NCBI GenBank assembly: GCA_034780895.1
Contig: JAUZTB010000068.1
Span: forward strand, 31,375,581-31,439,580
Direction of reading: 5' to 3'
Length of the DNA stretch: 64,000 bases
Source: Rhynchobatus australiae
Taxonomy: Eukaryota
A model generated the notes under the pieces. That model ran no database searches. It was given only the letters and a program-made list of their open reading frames with translations, and had not been told where the DNA came from. The first letter of the stretch is position 1. Each line of letters begins with the position of its first letter. The translations under genes were made by a program, and so were the position numbers. Shown in pieces: positions 1 to 13,112 of this stretch.

Positions 1-524
1 GCAAGTTCCCAGTAATGTGATAGTGGTTTGTGCACATACCCTTGAAATTGGAGTAGAACTCAAAACAACACAAGCACAGGAGGAGCCTAGCATGTCAGGC
101 AGCATCTACGGTGGCAAGTGGACAGTTGTGATAAACAGATGGGGGTGGGGAGAGTGGGAATAGTGCCAGTAGCAAGATTGGCCAGGTAGTCAATAGTACC
201 TTGAACTCTAAACCTTCTGATTTATTAGACTGCTACTAGCTGAATGAGAGTCACACTTAATAGAGAGGAGATGAAACAGAGAATAATCTTGGGCAAATTT
301 ATGTATTAAATATTAATTTAGTATTTCTACTGATTAATGCAGGTACTATATTGCCTTTCATGTGCTATTTATTGAAAAGCTGAGCTCCCAATTCTTGCAG
401 TTAGGTGCATGTTCCTTGGAGTCACGACTTCCACAGCTGATTACTGGCCATCCTTCATTTGGTGAAGGTATATTAATGTACAAAATAAATGCATGCTTGA
501 TTCTTGAGCTTTGCATCAATTACT

Positions 525-950
525 AGATAGTTACCTCTGAGTCTAATGGTTCCATGTCCAGGTTCTCAAATTTGAGCATGTCTAGCTGATGTGTAGAACT
601 GGGTTAACGGTGCAATGTAGGAGTTGTGCTTTTTCAGATGAGAAGTTAAATCAAGGTTCCATTGCACTTTCAGGTGAATGTGAAAATCCCAGCGTCCTAT
701 TTAGAAGAAGAGCAGGGACTTATCTCCTGTATCAAGGCTATCATTTATCCTTTAATCAACTTTATGAAATATGTTATTTAGTCATTATTACATTGCTGTT
801 TGTATGGGCTTGCTTTGTGCTAGTTAGGTGCCATATTCCTGATGTTATGACTGTGACAACACTTCAAAAATATTTCATTAACAATAAAGTGCTTTGGAGT
901 GTTTTGAAGGGAGGGTCAAAAATGTTGCATAATACTATTTATCTATTGCA
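525..950 (+). mobile_element. DeuSINE-like (SacSINE1/AmnSINE1-type) SINE, degenerate
   Basis: Deu-domain-like gatgagaagttaaatcaagg...ctatttagaagaagagcaggg and tail gtcattattacattgctgtttgt...acacttcaaaa...aaagtgctttgg. Confidence 0.75.
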
Positions 951-2229
951 AATGAAGAGGCTGGTTTCAGACCACTGACTTTTGGTCTATCCTTGCTACC
1001 CCATCGATAGTTGGAAGCAGAGAACTGAAAGGGACCGGTGAAATTTATGTCCTCCAAACTCTGGTTCTGAGCTGTAGAAATAATATTAGAATATCTGGGT
1101 TTAACGGTAGAATCTGTAAATTATGTTTGAGCTTTCTTGTAATGAACATTGGGTGCATGGTTCTTTTGAGTTTTTCCTGATTATGGTCTTACAGTTCTGA
1201 TTTTAGACATTTTTGTCTTTTAAAATAAAAAAGATTTTGTTGAGTGTGTTAAGGTTTATGTCAGGATAAACATTTTTCACAAGTATACATGGTAGTATTT
1301 GGATTATCTGGGGAGTGTTATGCCACCTCAAATACTAACCTATTAGTATTAGTTTCTATCTGTGGATTTAATGAGCTGATGCACAGTTTAATTTGGAAGA
1401 ACAAGGAAGGAATGTCTGTTGAGCATTTTATAACCTTGGAACGTTTGAAGTGCTTTGTCCATAGCTGTCATTTTTGAAGTGTAGTTTTTGTGATGTTGGA
1501 AGTTGTAGGTATCCTAATAATTTCAGTATGAAAGAGAACATCTTAATTTTCACATGTACTTTAGTTTTCTAATTATCTTTAACTTTATGCTGATATGTAG
1601 TATGTCTTCAGCTTTCATCTGAGGTTTTATTTTTGAAATTAATTTAGATTTTAAACTTGGAATTTACATTGAGAATAAAAGCTATTTAGTCCATATGTGT
1701 ATTTTATGCTCAAGAGCCTTCATTCACTCTATTTACTGAATCTTACCCTTGGTCATAAATGGTATCTATAATAATAGGCTCAACCAGTCTGCAAGTTCCA
1801 TATTTTTCCCAGGCTGGGTAACGATCAAGTGGGTTTCTTAACTGGGAGAGTTAAGAAATTCCCATGTTTTGGCCATTTCTTCAGTGAGCACAAGGGGTTA
1901 TAAATGCAAAAATCTAAATTGGTATATGAGCTTTTACTGAGTCGTGCTCTCTTTCCTGCTGAATGCATTAGTTTCAGGGAGCTCAAACTGATGTAAAATT
2001 AGAGATTCTGTGCAAACAGGAGCAAAAGAGAGAGGCTGTTGGAAGGTGATAGCAGTAATCTTTTTTGTTCCATATGAAGCAACAATTCACTTAAACTTCT
2101 TGGAATTTAGTGTGTTGCTCACGTGTTCTCCACTAACTTGGAGAAACCCAAGCGTGGATTCAATGATTGCTTTGTTTCCTCTGTTCATTCTGCCAGGCTG
2201 ATCTTGAGCTTCTATTCATCTGTCACTTT

Positions 2230-2690
2230 AATTCTTAATCTCACACCCACTCCAACCTCTGACCAGTCTTTTCCATTTCTTCAGTGATGACCAACCTAAG
2301 CTCAAGCAGCAGCACCTTATCTTCCTTCTGGATATTTTGCAACCCGCTGCTCTCAATATTGAACTTAATAAGGGTGGCACGGTAGCATAGCGGTTAGCGT
2401 GAGGCTATTACCACGCCAGCGATTGGGGTTCGATTCCCGTCGCTGTCTGTAAGGAGTTTGTACGTTCTCCCTGTGGACTGGCAGGTTTCCTATAGTTNNN
2501 NNNNNNNNNNNNNNNNNNNNNNNNNNNNNNNNNNNNNNNNNNNNNNNNNNNNNNNNNNNNNNNNNNNNNNNNNAATTTTCTCACTTTTGTAGTACCGATG
2601 AAGGGTACATGAACTGAAATATTAACTGTTTCTCTTTCTATGGATGCGGCTGAATGTTTTCTGTTTTTATTTGCAATTTTTTTTCATTTG
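2230..2690 (+). mobile_element. Penelope-like element 3' end, interrupted by a SINE and a gap
   Basis: cagcaccttatcttccttctg...ctcaatattgaactt resembles the GIY-YIG C-terminus; after the gap, terminal motif ccgatgaagggt...ctgaaat. Confidence 0.6.
2372..2497 (+). mobile_element. tRNA-derived V-SINE/HE1-like SINE (5' part)
   Basis: A box tagcatagcgg, B box ggttcgattcc, then gctgtctgtaaggagtttgtacgttctcc. Confidence 0.85.
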
Positions 2691-3169
2691 ATTAGAATTA
2701 AAACTTTCACACAAAGAACCCTCTTTCAAATTACTTTTCCTGACTCCTTGGAGCTTTGTGTTCTGTTTACATTTTTAATCTTGTATTGCTTTCCATGATG
2801 TAGATGAAGTCAGTTCAGTGACTCATACTGGTTACCAAGGTGCTTATTGTTTAATTTTAAGGCTAATTAGGCCAGTCATTACAAATTTTATGTACAGATA
2901 ACTGGGTCAGAAGCTGATAACATCTGTCCCCCTGCTTTTGCAAATTCACTGTTCTTGAATTGGAAGCTTCCTCCTGTTTCCTTGGATCACAGATTTAAAA
3001 ATAGCTTTGTATTAAAGTGACCCACCCCAAATCTGAAGAATTTACCTTGCTTTGTGATGTCCTGAATATTCCTTTATATATATGTTGGGTGGGAGCTGAT
3101 TGGCAGTTTTTGCCTGATGTAGTTTCAAATTGTTACTTGGTGTTTTGCAGTGTAATTTTTCTTGTCTGA

Positions 3170-3510
3170 TCCTAAGGGGGAATGACAAGTTAGATGTCAA
3201 GATGTTTTCACTAGTGGGAGAATCTTGAACAAGTCAAGGGTCTGAGGCACGTCCTCTTTGAGGAGAGGGTGGTGCATCTCTGGAATTCTCTGCTCCAGAG
3301 TTGTAGAAGCTAGATCACTGAAAGTATTTAATGTGGAGGTAGATAATTCTTTGAATGATCAGTGGATTGAGGGCTTTGGTGATCTGGCACAGATGAAGAG
3401 CTAAGGCTTAGGACAGGATATTGATTGTTGAGGATCAGCCATGATCTCAAAATGGCGGTGCAGACGCGAAGGGCTGAATGGTCTACTTCTACTCCTATTG
3501 TCTATTGGTC
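3170..3510 (+). mobile_element. CR1 LINE 3' fragment
   Basis: gagggtggtgcatctctggaattctct...gatcagccatgatc...gaagggctgaatggtctacttctactcctat. Confidence 0.75.
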
Positions 3511-5189
3511 AACCGTGATCATAACTGCCGCTCCTATTTTTTTATGCAAGAAGTTTCCTGCATTATTGAAGGCTCCAATAAGTTTAAGTGTTTGTTGTAG
3601 GACTTGGCAACTTTTAACTTCCAGGATGCCTTTAATATAGCACCTTTCATGATGTCTGGAAGTCCCAAAATGGTTTCCAGTCACTGATGTGCATCTGAAG
3701 AGTTCAGTCACATTGTGCAAATGAGAATATGATAATGACTAGGTAATCAACTTTAGTGATAATGTAAGACCATCGGTCTGAAATGCCTCTTCATATGTTG
3801 CCTGTCCAGATTTGTAGTTCTAGCATTTTGTTTTTATTTTAGATGTTGAGTATTGCAGTATTTTCATTTTGGATAATCAGTATTAATGATTTAAATATCA
3901 TATAGACCGGATACTGGTTACAACTCTCTCTTATCAACTGAAAACATGGCTATTTCTGTGAGCCAACCAGGTTAAGTGATTAGAGCCACTTTTTTGCCAG
4001 CTTGCTATTTACTCTGGCATCAATGCTGTCCTATTTGTACAGTCTGCTATTGATAATGAAGCTGTTATAGAGAGGCAAAGTAAATGTACCTGAATCAGAT
4101 GCGGCAGCAACTTGTCTGAAGATTTGAACAACAGTACTTGGCATAGATCTAAGCTGGTGAGTTGGACGTGTCTGTGTTGCACATATGGATATTCACAGTC
4201 TGTATAGTCAACCCAGGGTAACAAGGTCCTGGGCTCAATGAACAGTTTCTCTTGGCTCAGTACAGCAGAGCTATGCAATAGCAATAGTGTGAAAATACTT
4301 GTAGGCAAATCATTAAGGTAATTCTTTCACTATTTCCTCATATGGAACATGAGATGTGTTTGTTGCCTTTATCAGGCTATAGGTGGCTTGCATATATAAA
4401 AAAAATTGTAAGAGATGAGTTTTTGGGCAATCTATACCAGCTATGGTCAATAGATATTGGTCAGAGGAAAATGAAGAAATAAATTTGTTAAACAGTGTTG
4501 GGGAAAAAAAGCCCCAAAAAATTGCTGATGCTGGGTCTGAAATAAAAGAACTGTATTTGTCAGTCAATCCAGCCACATTTGTGGAAAGAAAAGGTCATGA
4601 TTTGGTCTGCAGGTCTTTCATAACAACTTGCTTTGAANNNNNNNNNNNNNNNNNNNNNNNNNNNNNNNNNNNNNNNNNNNNNNNNNNNNNNNNNNNNNNN
4701 NNNNNNNNNNNNNNNNNNNNNNNNNNNNNNNNNNNNNAGGTCTTTCATAACAACTTGCTTTGAAAATACTAAAATTTAGAATTTTCTCATATCATAATGA
4801 ATTTTAAGTTATGTTCTGTTATTAAAGTAGCCTTTGGGAGCAGAGAAAATTAGTTCCTGCCAAAGCACTGATTAATTTAGAATGATAGTCTGTAGCATAA
4901 TATTTTGGTGACAGTTTTGAAAGGGTGGAAAATGTGAAATCATATTCATTTAGCCATAAGGACAATAGATGATGAGTGGTTTTAGGCACCTTTTTTAAAA
5001 TGGAATACCTTGGTACTGAAAATAGAAATACTGTGGTTATCTTGTTGATAAGCTTGTGAGCTCGTTATCTCTTGAAGTGTGTTGTTCTTGTTGAGGTATG
5101 TGCTCTTCTGCTCCTGACTCTCCTCCCTCAACATTTTACGAAGAATTGTGTATTAATGCCAGTTGAAAATAATGTACTTATCTTGAAAA

Positions 5190-5321
5190 GGAAATCAAAA
5201 ATCTGCAGATGCAGGAAATCTGAAATAAAGACAAAATACTGGAAATACTAAGCAGGTGAGACAGCATCTGTGGGGGTGGGAATGAGTTAACATTTCAGGT
5301 TGAAGACCCTTTGTCAGTTCT
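5190..5321 (-). mobile_element. Penelope-terminus-derived short repeat
   Basis: ctgcagatgcaggaaatctgaaataaa...gcaggtgagacagcatctgtgg...tttcaggttgaagaccctttgtcag; same family recurs across the window. Confidence 0.7.
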
Positions 5322-5849
5322 NNNNNNTAGCATTATTCAATCCACTGAGCTTCAAGGTGCTTTTAAATAACAAGTTTTAAGGAGAGTTCCCATTTCACTG
5401 CTCATCTGTAGACATAAGCATTGGTTTTCTATGTTTGCATTGCAAGAAACTAGCAGCTGGGATCCATTGAGAAAACATTCATTATTTCCTATGCCACTAA
5501 AATCTGTGATTTATACTGTGGAATGCAGCCAATAGAACGACAGGCTTGGCTTCACCTTTGGTGTAAAATGCTTGCAACTTTTACCACTATAACTGGGGAA
5601 GCAGTCATAGTTCAATGTCGAGGTTTGCAAACCTTTTACCAGCTTCAGTGTGATTCTACCAGAAGTGGATGTCTTAGGGCAGGAGCTTAGTTTATGAGTG
5701 GCCACAGTTGTTCTGGTTAAGATACGTGCTCCGTTCTTCTGCCCTTCACCCCACCTCCCCAGCATTTTAAGAGTAATTGTATATTAATGGCAGTTGAAAA
5801 TGATGATGTACTTATCTCTAAAAGGAAATCAACAATCTGCAGATGGGCT

Positions 5850-6600
5850 GTTGATGTTCCATTTGTGATACAGGTGACCAAATTTTCTCAGGCCTGTCCT
5901 CAAGTATTTGGGGATTGTCTAGATTTTTCTTGGAAGTTTAAAGTCCTGACACTTCATTGCTTGGGTCAGTTACCAGTTTTTGTGGTGAAGTTTGCAGTTG
6001 GTCAACAATTATGCCATCAAGAAATGGTATTGTCATCAGTTTGTTGGATTTGAAGTGTATACCATTGGGGATTGTGGAATATCAGATGGCTATGTGGGTC
6101 AGTGGGTGCTTTAGTGGCTGTCAGCCAGCAGCATTCTTCTCTAAAGGAGGATGTTTCTCCTGCAGGCATCAGGAGGATTGCGATGGTCAGCACTAGAAGC
6201 CACTCAAGCTGTGACGGTCCCAATGCTCCAGGGATGCTCCTTGTGGTCCACTGCAGATAGGTGTTTACTGTGTTTGTGGGTAGCTCCTGGGGCAGATTGA
6301 GCAGCAGCATTCTGCTGTTAGGTGGACCAAGGCAAAATAAGCAGTGTATGTTGTCCTTGCCCAGCTGCCCAAGCTGGTACCTACTGGTTTCCATGCGAGC
6401 ACTTTTGTTTTTTAATGTTCTGCAGGCATTGCAGGTAAATCAGTGCATAGTCAAGGGTGATACCAGGATATTTAGATGTTGGATGATGGGTGCATAGCCA
6501 ACCAACACAATGCTGTTCAGGTTGTTCAGATGGAAGGTGACATCAATTGTTTAGCTTGAGTTGTTAGTGTCCATTTTATGTAGTAGGTTTCCAGAGAGAA
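5850..6600 (-). mobile_element. Decayed non-LTR retrotransposon RT fragment (RTE-X/Ingi-like)
   Basis: Minus-strand peptides FHLNN, KYPGITLDYAL and ...RSIPGALGPSQLEWLLVLTIA, interrupted by frameshifts. Confidence 0.55.
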
Positions 6601-6689
6601 TAGATCCTGTGTGTGTGTGTGTATTTGGAACTTAAGGAGCACTTTGAGATGCCACAAAGGATATTAATCAAAATTACAATATGTATTGA

Positions 6690-8390
6690 CAGTAATATAC
6701 TGGCATGGATTAAGGATTCCTTAATCCATGAAGAGTAGGAATACAGTGAAACTCCATTAACCTACTGTGCTCGGGACTTCGGTGCTGGACTGGCAGAATT
6801 CCTAGACTATTGGATCTGATTTCATTTAGTACTCAAACGTCCTTTTAATTTATTTTTTTTAAAACAATAGTATAATACCTTATTCAGTGAACCTAATAAG
6901 TTTAAAGAGAGCATGGAAAACAGAAATATGTACATTTCAAGGGATTGCAAGAAACAGGCCCCTGGTGGGTTTAAAGGCAGTTCCAGAACCAGGTGCCGAT
7001 GAACAAGACACTGAGCTATCATGTTTTCTGAACAATTGGATAGAGGTTTATTGTAAATGGGAAATTAAAACAGTAGGAGGATGGCACTGGAGTATGGCGA
7101 CTCATTGCAAGCCGTTCTCTTCAGATCTAATCATTACTTCTATTATGATTGTTCTGCTCCCTTGTACTACCTCAATGCCCTGTTGTAATGAAATGATCTG
7201 TATGGATGGAATGCAAAACAATGTTTTTCACTGTATGTGTGACAAAAATAAACTAATTTACCAACTTTTTTTGGGTTGGGTGGCTGTGACCTTTGGGGTT
7301 GGTGTTGGGACTCCTGCTTTTCACAATCAACATTTATGATTTGGATGGAGGGATCAAGTGTAATATATCCAAGATTTTGATGGTGAAAAGCTAGTTGGCA
7401 GAGTGCACTGTGAGATTGGAGGGAGGCTTCAAGGGGATATAGAAAGATTCAGTGAAGGTGCAAGGACATGGCAGATAAGAAAATAAAAACAAGAAATGGT
7501 AGCACACTTTTAATCTTACATTTCATCTGTCATTGCTTTGTCCTTTCACTTAAACTCTCCATATCCCTCCTGAAGCACCTCTTCATCCCACATTTCCACT
7601 TAGTTTGGTATCATGAAATATAATGTGCAAAAATGAGAGGCCATTCACTTTGGTAGATAAATAAAATGCGGATTTAAAAAAAATAGTGAGATATTGAAAG
7701 GTATTGCTATTCTGTTTGATCAGGTGACCTTGTACACTTAACTTTGAAAATTAGAATGCAGGTTCAGGAAGCTATTTGGAAGGAAAGTAATATGTTGGTC
7801 TCAATTGCCAGTGGATTTGAGTACTAGTGAATAGGTGCCTTGCTCCATTTATGTAGGGGTTTGGTGAGAAAGCATCTGGAATATTCTGTACATGTCTGGA
7901 CTTCCTAGGTCAGGGAGGAGATACTCGTATGTGCAGTGATGGTTCACCATATTGATTCCTAGACTGGTAAGTTTGCCATAAGTAGAGACTAAGCAGATTG
8001 TATCTATATTCTCTAATATTTAGAAGACTGGGAGGTGAATTCATTGAAATGTATACTAATTCTTCAGGGGCTTGATAGGGTCACTGTTTAATTGGCTTCT
8101 TTTGGCTGGGTTGTCTAGAACCTGATGTTGGGATCAGATATTCGAGATGAAGCTGAAAAGCAATTTCTTCAACCAGAGGGTAGTGTAACTTTGGTAAACT
8201 CTTTCCAAAATGCTGTGGAGGCTTGGTTGCTGAGTATTCAACACAAAGATCAATAGACCTTTCAGATAATAAGGTAATTGAGAGATGAGGGGTTAGTAGA
8301 AGAAAGAAGTGCTCAGGTAAAAGATCAGCCATGATCGTATTGAATGACAGAGCAGGCATGAAGGGCTGAATGATCTACTCTAGCTTCTGC
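6690..8390 (+). mobile_element. CR1 LINE (RT to 3' UTR) with nested insertions at about 6744-7262
   Basis: CR1 motifs atactggcatggattaaggat, gtgtaatatatccaag, ggtgagaaagcatctggaatatt, and 3' gatcagccatgatcgtattgaatg...gaagggctgaatg. Confidence 0.75.
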
Positions 8391-10114
8391 TGCTACATCC
8401 TTGTGTTCTGATTTTGCTGTCAATAGTAACAGACTTGCAACTATCAATACCTTGTCTTGGTGTTATGCAGGCTTGGAAGGACAGACGTTCTGTGCTGCTG
8501 GGTATTTACAGTTTAAATATATGTAGTATGAATAGTTCACATCCCATGTTCAATTTTACTAAAATTTAGTGACACAGTTAATGGTTGTGATTGGATTCCG
8601 TTGTTACCTCCTGAACAGCTGCGCAATGTCTTTCAGAATAAAAAGTGATCACATAAACCTTACTATATTTTGGCATATATAGTGCAATATAAATTGATGT
8701 TTTTCTCTATATTTACAAATATAATTATAGTTATAAGTAAAAACTATGACTTTGCTTTTGTGAAGCTTTTGGATGGTTTTGTACTTGCCATTTTATGAGG
8801 GGAAAATAGTACTTTTGTAGGACCTCAGCATGTCGTAAAGTGCTTCACTACCAAATTGGAAATAAAGGACTTGCATGTAGCAACGTTACACAACCAGCAT
8901 CATGGCAGTGTTCAGATAATTTTTGTGATGCATTGAGAAATGTATACATTCCTGAAGAAGGGGAGAACCATCCTCCTCTCTCTTTTCAAAATAAGAGTGA
9001 AATTATATAGATCTTGTCTGTTAAGGTTTTTGGAAAAAGGAGACCAATTTTCTTTGGGGGTATTCATCTTCATCTCTTCCTGTACCCTAAATCAGTACAA
9101 AGCAGACAGGAAAGGAAAAAGATGAATCAGTGGAAGAGTTTGTTTTCATTTTGGTTTTCTCGTTGAGTTGTAATTGATTTAATTGGAAACCATTTGGAGC
9201 AGAAATTCATATTCTTGTTTGCACTCAAGTAAAGGCAACTCCAGCTGGGTTATCACTTCAAACAACTTCCCTTCAACTAGTTTCAATCTTTTCTATTTTT
9301 TAAAAATATTTCTAATTATTGGTGCAATACCTCGTTCTGTTAATACTTATTAACAATTTATTGCTGTAATTAACATGAGCAGTTCCCTGTCTGAAACTGT
9401 AACGTTGAATAATACAGAGTTGGTCTTGATCACTTTCGGTTTCAGGAACAGTCTTTTGTTTATTTTGGGGAGGGGGGTTGGGGGGAAGTTCTTCACATTT
9501 GCTTTCAAGTTGAAACATCATTTTAAAATAACACAAAGTGAATTGATATTATGTAACAATATACAGAGCTTGTGACAGTTCACAGCATTGGACTGTAGTT
9601 GGTAAGATTGCTCGTCTTTCCACTTGAAAGTGCATGTTTTAATTTGTTTTAATTTTTCACTTTATAATTTAATGGTGACTATTTTTGTGTGGGTTTGGAG
9701 GAGTTGACACATCCAGTGAGGTTTCAGGTAGAGTTGCTTTATTTCAGATGCAGCTGCATGCTTGTTTGTGAATCTTAATTCTGGCCGCAGTAATTCGCAG
9801 CTATCTGATACTGCTCAGTTTCTTGTGAAGATATGAATGATCTCCAGAAGTGGTTAATAACTACCCCAAGCTAACACTCATCTTCAATTTTTCCATTATT
9901 TTGTGGTTAATTAAGATTGTATATGCATTCCTATAAAGATGATGGACTGATCCAGCCAACATTTACATATGGAGCATTTTATACATTTTGTTTTAAAACA
10001 AAATATACCTGCAAATTTGGGATTGCTGGCAAGGCTATACTTGTTGCCTTGAGAAAGTGGACAAAACCTTTTTCAAGATCTGCTGAGAAACTGATTGGAC
10101 AACTGGATCAGAAT

Positions 10115-10600
10115 CAGATTTATTATCTCTGACTTGTGTGATGTGAAATTTGTTGTTTTATGGCAGCAGGACAGTGCAAAGATATAGTTACTATAAATTA
10201 TGCAAATAAATAGTGCAAATAAAAGGGAATAATGAGGTAGTGTTCATGAACCATTCCGTCATCTGATGGCAGAGGGGAAGATGTTTCTGAATCGTTGAGT
10301 GTGGATCTTCAGGCACCTGTACCACCTCCCTGAGTGTAATAATGAGAAGAGGGCATGTCCTGGATGTTGAGGGTCCTTGGTAATAGATGCTGTGTTCTTG
10401 AGGTACCACCTCTTGAAGCTGTCCTCTGGTGGGGAGGGTTGTGCCTGTGATGGAGCTGGCTGAGATAGAAATTGTACATGTATAGAAATTTGTAAGTGTC
10501 TTCAGTGACATACCAAATCTCTTCAAACTCTTAATGAAGTAGAGCCATTGGCATGCCGCCTTTGTGATTGCATCACTGTGGTGTGGGGATAAAGTTGGGC
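10115..10600 (-). mobile_element. Rex1/Babar-like LINE 3' fragment
   Basis: ORF 10191..10526 begins KRFGMSLKTLTNFYTCTI; characteristic 3' tail. Confidence 0.7.
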
Positions 10601-11094
10601 AAGACCTGCAATAAATTNNNNNNNNNNNNNNNNNNNNNNNNNNNNNNNNNNNNNNNNNNNNNNNNNNNNNNNNNNNNNNNNNNNNNNNNNNNNNNNNNNN
10701 NNNNNNNNNNNNNNNNNNNNNNNNNNNNNNNNNNNNNNNNNNNNNNNNNNNNNNNNNNNNNTTCCTCTTGCGTTATGTTAACATGTTTCAGGGCTACTGA
10801 TAAACCATGCTCATATGTTAATAGTGCAGTTAACCAAATAAATGAAGATTACAGATTCATTTCCTTGTTCAGGTTGATCAGTGCAGCTGTGGAGGTATTT
10901 TGGTTCTGCTCGATGAATCTATTGCGTGGAAGTTGAAGAAAACCAGTGAAATGTCTTCATGGTGAATAGCCATTGATGCTTGCTTTCTGGACGTGCATTT
11001 GAGGAATGGTCATCTGTGAAAGTTGCTGCACTTGATTAGTATATTCACACTAATGAAGCTAATCAAACTTCAAAGGGGACATGACAAATTTCTT

Positions 11095-11881
11095 TAGCCT
11101 CTTGAGAAAGTAGAGGGGCTGGCGAGCTTTCTTAGCCATTGCGTCTGTGTGATTGGACCAGGACAGGCTACAGGTGATCACTCCTAGAAACTTGAAGCTT
11201 TCAACACTCTCAACCTTAGCATCATTGCTGTAAACAGGAGGGTGTGCACAGCCCCCCCCCCCTTCCTGAAGTCAGTGACGAGCTTTTTTGTTTTGCTGAC
11301 ATTGAGGGAAAGGTTGTTGTCATGGCACTGTTACTAGGTTCTTTCTCCTTCCTGTACTCCAACTCATTGTTATTTAAGATTTGGCCCAGTATATTGGTGT
11401 CATCTGCAAACTTGTAGATGGAGTTCGAGCAGAATCTGGCCACAGAGTTGTGAATATATAGGGAGTAGAGTGGAGGCTGAGGATGCAGCCCTGTGGGGCA
11501 CCAGTATTGACAATAATTTTGGCAGAGGTGTTACTACCTATCATTATTGCAGTCTGTTGGTCAGGAAGTCAAGGACCCAGTTGCAAAGGTCCCGGGTCTT
11601 GGAGTTTGATGAGTTTGCTTCAAATTATAGTATTGAATGCAGAACTGTAGTCAATAAACAATAGTGTAACATTGGTGTTTTTACTGTCCAGGTGCTCCAG
11701 AGATGAGTGTAGGACCAGGGAGATGGCATCTGCCATGGACCTGTTTTGGCAGTCAGTGAATTACAGTGAGTAGAGGTTGTCTGGGAGGCTGGAGTTGGTG
11801 TGTGCCATGACCAGCATCTCGAAGCACTTGATGATGGATGCCAGAGCCACCAGTTAGTAATTATTAAGGTATATTATCTTA
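11095..11881 (-). mobile_element. Rex1/Babar-like LINE RT fragment
   Basis: [32 protein letters not shown] (ORF 11222..11443). Confidence 0.8.
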
Positions 11882-12019
11882 NNNNNNNNNNNNNNNNNNN
11901 NNNNNNNNNNNNNNNNNNNNNNNNNNNNNNNNNNNNNNNNNNNNNNNNNNNNNNNNNNNNNNNNNNNNNNNNNNNNNNNNNTAAGGTATATTATCTTATT
12001 TTTCTTTGGTATCCTACAT

Positions 12020-12630
12020 CCTGAATGCCTCCTTAACCCCTTTATCTAACTAATGCATTCATGGATCCTTGAATATGTACACCAAAGCCCCTATCTTCCT
12101 CAGTAATTCCCAAGGTCTTCCCATACATGGCATATATACTTGGCTTTATTTTCCCTCCCAAAATGCATCACCTCATTATTTTTAAGGAATAAATTATCTC
12201 TGACAATTTTACCAGCTGGTCAGTATTATTCTGCAGCCAAAATCTATTCTCCTTACAATCGACAATACTGCCATTGGTAATGTCATCTGTGAACTGACAA
12301 ATCATTCTTCATACACATCCAGATACAAGTGCATATCCAGATCATTGCTGTATATAACAAGGGTCTAAGCACTGATTTCTGCAGTACACCTTTGGTCACA
12401 GATTTCTTTATCACTGTCTGATGCCTATCATCTGATCTAGTTCTGATCCAATTTGTCAAATTGCATGGGATTCAATGGCTCCCTACATTTTGGACCAGTC
12501 TCCCATGTGGGACCTTGTTAAAGACTTTACAGAAGTCCATTAATTACACTTTGCTCATTGATGCTCTTTTGTTAAGTTTTGGGGAAAATTCAATTAAATT
12601 AATCTGATATGATTTTCCCTTAACAAGGAA
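12020..12630 (-). mobile_element. CR1 LINE RT fragment
   Basis: cccaaaatgcatcacctca, gtcatctgtgaact, ccagtctcccatgtgggaccttgttaaagact. Confidence 0.65.
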
Positions 12631-12904
12631 AACCTGATCTTTCCACCCATCTTTCTTTGCAGCCAGAACACCCCCCAGCAAGGTTTTAGGTCTGCCTCCA
12701 TTTTTTTGCAGTATAAAATTTTTGCAGAACTTTTTGTAAACAATGTCCGAAACCAATGATTTGGGAAACTAAGTTGTATGACATGGGAGTAGGCCCTTGA
12801 GCCCACTGATTCTGCACAGACCATCAAGCATACATTTATACTGATCTTACACGAATCATAATTTACCATGTGTTCCCACCAACTCTCAGAACGTAATGTT
12901 CATA

Positions 12905-13112
12905 TATACATTTAGGGCCAATGTGCAGTGGCCAATTAACCTACCAATCTGAATGTCTTTGGGATGTGGGAGGAAATTAGAGCACCTAGAGGAACCCCAT
13001 GCAGTCACAGGGAAACGTGCAAACTCTATACAAACAGCACTGGAAGTCGGGATTCCAACTGATCTACTGGAGTTGAGGCAGTAGCTCTACTAGCCTTGCT
13101 ATTGTGCCACCC
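12905..13112 (-). mobile_element. V-SINE/HE1-like SINE
   Basis: gtctttgggatgtgggaggaaattagagcacctagaggaaccccatgcagtcacaggg is the reverse of the V-domain. Confidence 0.8.

Noticed and set aside
2372-2445. tRNA-like A and B boxes (also near 20605 and 49956)
   Set aside because: They run directly into SINE body sequence; SINE heads, not tRNA genes.
4149-4168. 20-mer ctaagctggtgagttggacg matching 18264-18283 at 19 of 20 positions
   Set aside because: No flanking similarity; one such match is plausible by chance in 64 kb.
4611-4764. Identical sequence aggtctttcataacaacttgctttgaa on both sides of an N gap; similarly taaggtatattatctta around 11866-11998
   Set aside because: Typical unmerged contig overlap across 100-N placeholder gaps; an assembly artefact rather than a biological repeat.
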